The notes under the pieces: generated by a model
Databases searched by the model: none
Told to the model about the DNA's origin: nothing
What the model saw: the letters and a program-made list of their open reading frames with translations, nothing else
Position numbers and translations under genes: made by a program
Assembly (NCBI GenBank): GCA_016840425.1
Contig: JAEOSI010000037.1
Location: 1 to 13,229, forward strand
Origin: Candidatus Wukongarchaeum yapensis
GTDB lineage: Archaea > Asgardarchaeota > Wukongarchaeia > Wukongarchaeales > Wukongarchaeaceae
DNA: 13,229 bases
Reading direction: 5' to 3'
Shown: one piece after another, positions 1-5,588 of the stretch
Numbering within the stretch: position 1 is the first letter of the stretch
How the letters are laid out: every line of letters begins with the position of its first letter

Positions 1-20
1 TTTTTTTCTTCAGGAACAAT

Positions 21-200
21 CTGACATACTCCCACGACTAAAGTCGGTGGGGTTCTATGCTACGCTACACTGTGCAGAGTAGCTAGCGAGGGGCGTGCCA
101 CCGCCCCGTTAACGACCCCCGCAGGAAACATGTTTCCATCTTCCTGAGCGAGTCTTATATTTCCTATGTTCACACAGCCAACAGCGTCTCTATGCGCTTC
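21..200 (-). ncRNA. Predicted omega/reRNA scaffold overlapping the tnpB 3' end and right end; guide would start at position 20 (ATTGTTCCTGAAGAAAAAAA...)
   Basis: Stacked hairpins on minus: GGAAACATGTTTCC palindrome (124-137), GGGGCG-GTGGCA-CGCCCC, GCTAC...GTAGC, and the terminal right-end hairpin. TnpB reRNAs are known to derive from this region. The 5' boundary (about 200) is a guess. Confidence 0.6.
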
Positions 201-1304
201 CAACTTACATTCTTTACACTTGAACAGTCTTTTATGACGCATTATCTTCTTTGAACTGCATCTAGGGCACGTTGAAGAAGTTCCTCTCTCGTCTATTCTC
301 ACTGTTTTTATCCCGTATTCTTCGGCTTTTTCTTTTAACCGTTTGTAGACGTGTCCTACCGACCAAAAGTTATGAATCATCGAATTACTTTTCTTGTTAA
401 AGTTTGCGCTTTTACGTATGTCCCTTAAGTCTCCGCAGACTATTTCTGAAACGCCTTTTGCCCAGCACTTTTCCATAAAATCTTTCACGATCTTGTTCAC
501 TTTGTCTCTGAACCTTCTTTTACGTTTACGATATAGGGCTTTTAACCGTTTTGAAACGTGTTTATTGTTCTTTTTTTTCAGCTCTTCTTGGTGTTTAGCA
601 ATCTTCTCGGTGTTCCAGTACCACCAGTCTGAAAGCATCGAGTTTGCCTTATAGCCGAAAACTTCCCCGTCTACCCACACCATAATAGGGACTTTTACTC
701 CCAAATCAACGTACGCCTCCTTCTTTTTCTTTTTGTCTCCTTTTAGTTGATGTAGGGGTGGTGGTAGTGGTGGTGGTTTTTCTACCTCTACTGGCATGTG
801 GGCGTACCATTTCTTTGAGAGGTTGTCGTAGCGTATTTCTAACCGTCCTTGTTTTTTTCCTTTCCACTTGTTCTGTCCTTTCCAGTTGATTTCTAGGTTG
901 AAGGGGAGTTTTAGGCGTTTATCGCTTAGTTTGTAGCAGTTACACCTTATAAGAATGGTTAAAACTCTCTTCCCCGTTTTCCTATCCTTCCAGTAGCCTG
1001 GAGGAGAAACCTTACGTATATGTTTTGGGAGTTTTCCCTGTTTCTTCAACCTTAGCAGGGCGAAGAACGATTTCCAAGCTTCGTTGTTCTTCCTTGTTAC
1101 TTGTTGCGCTGTTGCAGAGCCTATAACCTTTTTATATTTGTGATAGAAAAAGTCGGTGTTCCAGTCAAAGTTTTTTGAGAAAAGGGATTGTCTTCTCTTA
1201 TAGTTTATCTCGTTAAACATTCTTGCGCAGTTTTCGGCTAACAAGAACAGTTTTTGCTCTTGCTCTTTTGTCGGGCTTAGTTTAAACGTGTTGGTTCTTC
1301 TCAC
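60..1304 (-). CDS. tnpB: TnpB RNA-guided endonuclease (IS200/IS605 OrfB), 414 aa, GTG start
   Basis: N-terminal 'RTNTFKLSPTKEQEQKL'; RuvC-I 'AYVDLG'; RuvC-II region 'IVCGDL...RIDERGTS'; zinc finger CPRC...CKEC; RuvC-III 'HRDAVGCVNI'; flanked by IS200/IS605 end hairpins. Confidence 0.95.
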   Translation of the reverse strand: MRRTNTFKLSPTKEQEQKLFLLAENCARMFNEINYKRRQSLFSKNFDWNTDFFYHKYKKVIGSATAQQVTRKNNEAWKSFFALLRLKKQGKLPKHIRKVSPPGYWKDRKTGKRVLTILIRCNCYKLSDKRLKLPFNLEINWKGQNKWKGKKQGRLEIRYDNLSKKWYAHMPVEVEKPPPLPPPLHQLKGDKKKKKEAYVDLGVKVPIMVWVDGEVFGYKANSMLSDWWYWNTEKIAKHQEELKKKNNKHVSKRLKALYRKRKRRFRDKVNKIVKDFMEKCWAKGVSEIVCGDLRDIRKSANFNKKSNSMIHNFWSVGHVYKRLKEKAEEYGIKTVRIDERGTSSTCPRCSSKKIMRHKRLFKCKECKLEAHRDAVGCVNIGNIRLAQEDGNMFPAGVVNGAVARPSLATLHSVA

Positions 1305-1436
1305 TTTCTTTCACACTCTCTAACTCCTTTCTAATGAGTTCTGTATAGGCTTTCCTCAGCTTTAAACCCCTTTTGTCTGCATGTTTTTTTCACTTTCTTC
1401 CTGTTTTTCCTCGCTTAAATGTGTATCAATTTTCAT
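1282..1436 (-). pseudogene. Small (about 51 aa) possible RHH/HTH-like ORF overlapping the tnpB start, split by a -1 frameshift
   Basis: ATG at 1436 reads MKIDTHLSEEKQEESEK and stops after 24 codons. A -1 shift in the A7 run (1390-1384) continues HADKRGLKLRKAYTELIRKELESVKESEKNQHV* to TAA at 1284-1282. It lies inside the element ends. The fold assignment is only an impression. Confidence 0.4.
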
Positions 1437-1781
1437 ATAAAAGCACAAATAATAGTTTATTGTAGTGTCTAACTCTTATCGCATTCATCCAACGACTAAA
1501 GAAGCCGTTGGCTTTCTGCGATATTTTTTGTAAACGGCGTAAAATATTTTTAAAGTCGTTCCTGAAGCAAGGAGACGAGGACAGTTTTTCATTATTTCTG
1601 CATAGTTTCTTAGCTTCTTCCGTTGAAGATGTTTCACTAATTATGATCCCACAAATATTTTTTGCCAAATTAAGCCACAACAGATGGTGTTTTATTATAG
1701 AGAAGTAGTAGGGGCGCTTTAGCAAAAAGAAGTTAGAGAGAATGGCGGGCCAGAGGGGATTTGAACCCCCGACCAACAGGT

Positions 1782-1799
1782 TACTTTCCCTTTGAAGGC
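1782..1799 (-). other. tRNA intron 2, 18 nt, canonical position 37/38
   Basis: Bulges TA|G and TA|A; central helix CTCT/AAAG with one C.A mismatch at position 34; intron hairpin CCTT-CAA-AGGG; outer helix is the anticodon stem. Confidence 0.85.
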
Positions 1800-1806
1800 T
1801 AAGAGC

Positions 1807-1828
1807 TTCGACGAGTTTTTCCTCTTTT
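1807..1828 (-). other. tRNA intron 1, 22 nt, non-canonical position 30/31 (BHB/BHL)
   Basis: Central helix CGAC/GTCG, 3' bulge AA|G, outer helix AGAG (D arm)/CTCT (anticodon loop). The 5' site AG|A lies in an enlarged loop before a GAG/CTC intron stem, so the motif is relaxed (BHL-like). Confidence 0.85.
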
Positions 1829-1859
1829 CTGTCGCTCTACCTAGCTGAGCTACTGGCCC

Positions 1860-1975
1860 TTATGGCTTTTCATTGTGTTATTATTAACTAATATGTTTTT
1901 TAATATATTTTTCCTATAAGGATTTCTCATGTTTTTTCCGATTGTTAGTTTTATGTTGATTTGTCTTTGGTTTTG
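1860..1975 (-). repeat. Decayed copy of the methyltransferase 3' end and spacer (homologous to about 4762-4865)
   Basis: Minus 'ATAAAACTAACAATCGGAAAA--AACATGAGAAATCCTTATAGGAAAA' aligns with the MTase 'ATAAAACTTATAACAGGAAAAAGAACCCGAGTAATACTCATAGGAAAA' (IKLITGKRTRVILIGK) with a 2-nt deletion, at a similar distance from the tRNA 5' end. The region is AT-rich, so the boundaries are soft. Confidence 0.6.
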
Positions 1976-2119
1976 ATTTTGGTTTAAGCACATATTATTC
2001 AACAAAATAGGGAGAATGATTATATCATTTGTTGAGAATATTCAAGTAAATAATAGGTTATTCTTTTACATAAATATCATTCTTTTTTGAGGGATGTTAG
2101 TTTGATATGCCGATTGTTT

Positions 2120-4597
2120 ATGGTCAATCAAACTCAAAAAAAGCCGTTTTTAACCGGATTTTTATTAGTCTTATTTGTCACTTCAACGTTATTATCCGTA
2201 TATTTTGACCCTTTTAACCTGCATGAAGAGGCTTACGATACATCCGAAAGCCTGCAACCACCTGATCTCCCTAGGCGTTCAACATACGTGACGGATGGCG
2301 AAGAAAATTGGCTCATCAACGGTACCTTTGAAGACACATACAAACCATGGAACAACGACACCTACAACGACCCCTCTCATCAGAATAACATGACAACTTA
2401 TTGGACCGGAGATCCAACTCATCAGAACGAAACTGGGCCTGGAGAACTTAACATAATTCTGAGAATTGATGGGTATCCTATAGGATCATATTACTACTAC
2501 GATAGAGGCGATAAAGTTTGGTGGAGTCAAACTGTTATGGTTGATAGGCACACTCCAATTCCAGAAACTGAAGAGGGTGCTAGGCTTGTTTTCGATTACT
2601 ATGTTATGGCAGCAGATAACGAGACAGGGCGGATAAGGGAGAGGATCAAGCTTCGGTTTTGGATCAACGACACGTTGATGTGGGAAGGCAGACTCAGAGA
2701 CCTCACCGGGCCGGGTAGTGGATGGACCTACGTTAAAATTACCTCTGCTGAAGGAATGAAGCTCTCAGAATGGTTAAACGAGCGTTTGCCGAGCTATTTA
2801 GAGTTTAAAGTCGAGTTGGTTGTTATAGATGACGCTTATGGGAGTGAACCTTACTCCAATACAACCCAAATTTACGTAGATAATGTTGGTTTAATTATAG
2901 AATCAGAGAGCACGTATTATATTCTGTCCCCAGAAGTCACGGCTACATACGGCGACCATGTAAACTTCAGCGTTTACTACACTTACTTCAACATTTCTGA
3001 GAGTAAACTGAAACTTGTCGAAAACGCTCAAATTGGGATAGACTACAATGGAACACCTTGGATGGGAGGATTCGGTTTTGAAAAACACAATGATCCCGTT
3101 TTGAGCAGCTATACAGTAACCCTCCAAGCACCTCAAACAATTGATTCGGGGCTATATTACCCTGTGTGGGTTAACGCCAGTGCTCCAGGTTTCGAACGTC
3201 AGCGCTTTCCGATAAAGGTTAACGTGGTTAACATTTCAACGGCTTTAAACGCGCCTTACACCATGCTGGTGAGGGAGCATGGTGTAGCAGCAGCTTTCGA
3301 AATCACCTTCAGAGACGCCTATAACGATGCCCCCATAACAGGTGCAAACGTTGTATACGGATGGAGCTATGGATCGGAGCCATTAAACGAAATAGGCAAC
3401 GGCGTCTACAACTTCACAATAGATACTGATTACTTGGACGTGGGAACCTACTACATCAACGTGACTGCTTCCAAGGAGAACTATGACAGCCAGTTTCTGC
3501 AACTTACTCTTGAAATAATCCCCATATCAACAACTTTAAACGCTGACAAAATTACCCTTACTAGGGAAATTGGAGAAAAAGCCGTGTTCGAAGTCACTTT
3601 CAGCGACAGTCAGTGTTCCGTGCTCAGGGGCGCCAACCTCACCTATGAGTGGGATTATGGTTCAGGCCAGTTGCTTGAGGAGGGTGACGGCGTCTACACG
3701 CTAACTATAAAAACCAGTTCCTTAGATGAGGGGACTTATTACATTAATGTTACCGCTTCTCTAAAGGATTATGAGATCCAGTCTTTACAACTTTCGTTGG
3801 TAATAAGGGCAGCTTTCATGGATCAGTTTTTGGATTATTTGCCATACCTGATCTTACTGGCAATAGGCGCGTTTGCTTCGGTTGTTTTGGCGCGGGTTTA
3901 CTCTACTCATAGGCAGGAGCGTCTTGATAGGGAGAAGATTCGCAGGATTATGGTTGTTTTGAAGAGTTTTGCTTTATATGATCAGACCCCTTTTGGGGTT
4001 ATTGCTGGGGAGGGAAGTGTCATCGATAAGGAGTTGGTGAGCGGTTTCTTCACAGCTATTAAAGATATTACTTCAGAAGTTTCAGGAATAACCTTGGAAA
4101 AAATGAAAGTTTATCCCGATCATCCCTACTATTTTGTTTATACTGGCACTTTTTATTGTATTTTGATTTTAAGCGATAAGCCAAGTAAACGTTTGGAGGA
4201 AAAGGTACTTTATTTTGCGGAGGTGGTTGAGGAAAAGTATGGGAATATCTATTCTTCTGATACATTTGGTGTCTTAGACATACAGCTTGACTTAGACGAA
4301 GAAGTTATTCGGATTTTTGGTATAACTCCTATGGCAGTACTTCAAGATATAGTCACGATTTCTTTGAGTTATGAAGAGATTGAAGAAGTTGAGGTAGAGG
4401 ATGATGTTAAAAAGATTTTGAGGACTGGGCGTAGTTTGGCAGATCAGAAGAAAGAGTTCTTCTTGGAAGAGTTAATTCAAGCGTCAAAAGTTGAATTTGG
4501 TGACGATATTAAGAAGGCACACGAATCGTTTATTAAAGCCGTGAAGCGAGGTTTCCTTATCTTAGAAAAAAGTGAAATCAAAGAAGAGAAAAAATAG
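2120..4597 (+). CDS. Large membrane-anchored surface protein: N-terminal signal/TM, beta-rich ectodomain, 2 Ig-like repeats, TM helix, cytoplasmic longin-like domain and small helical C-terminal domain
   Basis: ORF 2087-4597; first ATG at 2120 (MVNQTQKKPFLTGFLLVLFV...). About 16 N-X-S/T sequons occur before the second TM and none after it. Two ~95-aa repeats share GTYYINVTAS (about 3240-3810). TM 'LPYLILLAIGAFASVVLARVY' (about 3839-3900). 'LVSGFFTAIKDITSEV...FYCILILS...LEEKVLYFAEVVEEKY' resembles Asgard longin-like domains. Confidence 0.8.
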   Translation: MVNQTQKKPFLTGFLLVLFVTSTLLSVYFDPFNLHEEAYDTSESLQPPDLPRRSTYVTDGEENWLINGTFEDTYKPWNNDTYNDPSHQNNMTTYWTGDPTHQNETGPGELNIILRIDGYPIGSYYYYDRGDKVWWSQTVMVDRHTPIPETEEGARLVFDYYVMAADNETGRIRERIKLRFWINDTLMWEGRLRDLTGPGSGWTYVKITSAEGMKLSEWLNERLPSYLEFKVELVVIDDAYGSEPYSNTTQIYVDNVGLIIESESTYYILSPEVTATYGDHVNFSVYYTYFNISESKLKLVENAQIGIDYNGTPWMGGFGFEKHNDPVLSSYTVTLQAPQTIDSGLYYPVWVNASAPGFERQRFPIKVNVVNISTALNAPYTMLVREHGVAAAFEITFRDAYNDAPITGANVVYGWSYGSEPLNEIGNGVYNFTIDTDYLDVGTYYINVTASKENYDSQFLQLTLEIIPISTTLNADKITLTREIGEKAVFEVTFSDSQCSVLRGANLTYEWDYGSGQLLEEGDGVYTLTIKTSSLDEGTYYINVTASLKDYEIQSLQLSLVIRAAFMDQFLDYLPYLILLAIGAFASVVLARVYSTHRQERLDREKIRRIMVVLKSFALYDQTPFGVIAGEGSVIDKELVSGFFTAIKDITSEVSGITLEKMKVYPDHPYYFVYTGTFYCILILSDKPSKRLEEKVLYFAEVVEEKYGNIYSSDTFGVLDIQLDLDEEVIRIFGITPMAVLQDIVTISLSYEEIEEVEVEDDVKKILRTGRSLADQKKEFFLEELIQASKVEFGDDIKKAHESFIKAVKRGFLILEKSEIKEEKK

Positions 4598-4649
4598 ACA
4601 ATACGGGAAGAAGAACAAAAACCGAAAACTTCTATCAAACTTTAATATA

Positions 4650-4761
4650 TTATCAGAAGGATTTTGAAATCCCGACCAACAGGTTACTATCCCTTTGGAG
4701 GTTAAGGGGTTCGACGAGTTTTTCTCGTTTCTATCGCTGTAACTAGCTGAGCTATTAGCCT
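4650..4761 (-). pseudogene. Degenerate copy of the two-intron tRNA-Lys(CUU)
   Basis: About 83% identical (91/109 columns by hand) to 1751-1859, including both introns and the CTT anticodon. The acceptor stem is destroyed (AGGCTAA vs CTGATAA), U33 is changed to C, the T-arm is altered and there is no CCA. Confidence 0.88.
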
Positions 4762-4790
4762 TGCATTTTTTTAAGGTAATATTATAACAA

Positions 4791-5588
4791 CTATATTTTT
4801 CTTTTTCCTATGAGTATTACTCGGGTTCTTTTTCCTGTTATAAGTTTTATGAGTGTTGTTTTTAGTTTAAGTTTTTTCATTTGGTTTTCAAGTTTTTTTA
4901 TTCTTTGTTGGTGTTTTATGCTTAAAAGTAAAGCGGTTATTCCTTCTTTTTTTAAGTATTCAACTCCCTCTTTTATGATGTGGGATGAGAGGGTTTGATC
5001 GCTAAGTTCAGCGGGTTCTCCTGAGAACGCTTTTCCCTTTATTTCTTTTTCTTTGTACCAAGGAGGATTTGAAAGGATAGCATCAAATTTGATATCTTCT
5101 CTTATTACTCCTTTTATAACATTATTTTTTTCAACTGGGATTATTTTTACTCGGTCTTCTAAGTCGTTTTTTTTAACGTTTATTTTAGCGTATTTATAGA
5201 GGTGGGAGTCTTTTTCTGTGGCGAAGGCTTTTGCGTTGAAGTGTTTTGCTGCAAGAAGTGCTATGATAGCGCTTGCTCCTGTCCCTATTTCTAAAATATT
5301 GCTTTTCGGTTTGATAGTTTCTTTGAGGAAAGTGAAGCGTAGGGGAGGGGTTGGGGTTAGAGCGTTTTCAGGTAGTTCGAGGTCGAGGTCGTATTTTTCT
5401 CGTGATATTAGGAGATTGTAAAGGCGGAGAGCTTCTTTGGATCTGAAATCGATTCCCTTTTTTATGAGGTATTTTTTGAGCTTTGGTTCTAGCTTGATCG
5501 CTTCTTCTATTTTTAGGGCTTGAGGGACTAAAACACTCCTATCAAATTTCAACGAATTTTTTTGGTGGGAGCAATCGCTGTGGTTCAT
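4791..5588 (-). CDS. RlmF/METTL16-family SAM-dependent (putative RNA m6A) methyltransferase, 265 aa
   Basis: 'DFRSKEALRLYN...LDLELPENALTPTPPLRFTF', motif I 'ILEIGTGASAIIALL', catalytic 'SNPPWY'. The probable start is the ATG at 5588, which overlaps the upstream TGA (ATGA), rather than 5618. Confidence 0.85.
   Translation of the reverse strand: MNHSDCSHQKNSLKFDRSVLVPQALKIEEAIKLEPKLKKYLIKKGIDFRSKEALRLYNLLISREKYDLDLELPENALTPTPPLRFTFLKETIKPKSNILEIGTGASAIIALLAAKHFNAKAFATEKDSHLYKYAKINVKKNDLEDRVKIIPVEKNNVIKGVIREDIKFDAILSNPPWYKEKEIKGKAFSGEPAELSDQTLSSHIIKEGVEYLKKEGITALLLSIKHQQRIKKLENQMKKLKLKTTLIKLITGKRTRVILIGKRKI

Larger units (their letters stand above)
21..1529 (-). mobile_element. Non-autonomous IS200/IS605-family element (IS1341-like: tnpB, no tnpA) with both ends identifiable
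   Basis: Minus strand. Left end: TTAC (1533-1530), an 18-nt spacer ending in AAAG, then hairpin CCAACGGCT-TCTTT-AGTCGTTGG (1511-1489). Right end: GAAC (55-52), hairpin CCCA(C)CGAC-TTTA-GTCGTGGG (51-31), then AGTATG-TCAG ending at 21. Both guide/cleavage pairs (AAAG/TTAC, GAAC/TCAG) follow the IS608/ISDra2 1-2, 2-1, 4-4 pairing rule. Encloses tnpB. Confidence 0.85.
1743..1859 (-). tRNA. tRNA-Lys(CUU) with two introns (30/31 and 37/38) and encoded CCA
   Basis: Removing 1828-1807 and 1799-1782 gives a 77-nt cloverleaf: GGGCCAG TA GCTC AGCTAGGTA GAGC G ACAGG CTCTTAA CCTGT TGGTC GGGGG TTCAAAT CCCCT CTGGCCC G CCA. Anticodon CTT is at 1803-1801. The G discriminator and acceptor stem are typical of archaeal tRNA-Lys. 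Confidence 0.92.

Noticed and set aside
1426-1776. 116-aa minus-strand ORF (and 1508-1708 on plus)
   Set aside because: It begins inside the tRNA T-arm and runs through the IS left end, with no recognisable motifs; spurious.
4650-4761. Second tRNA copy as a split or trans-spliced tRNA half, or a functional isoacceptor
   Set aside because: It is full length with both acceptor strands degenerate and no GC-rich complementary leader/trailer typical of split tRNAs.
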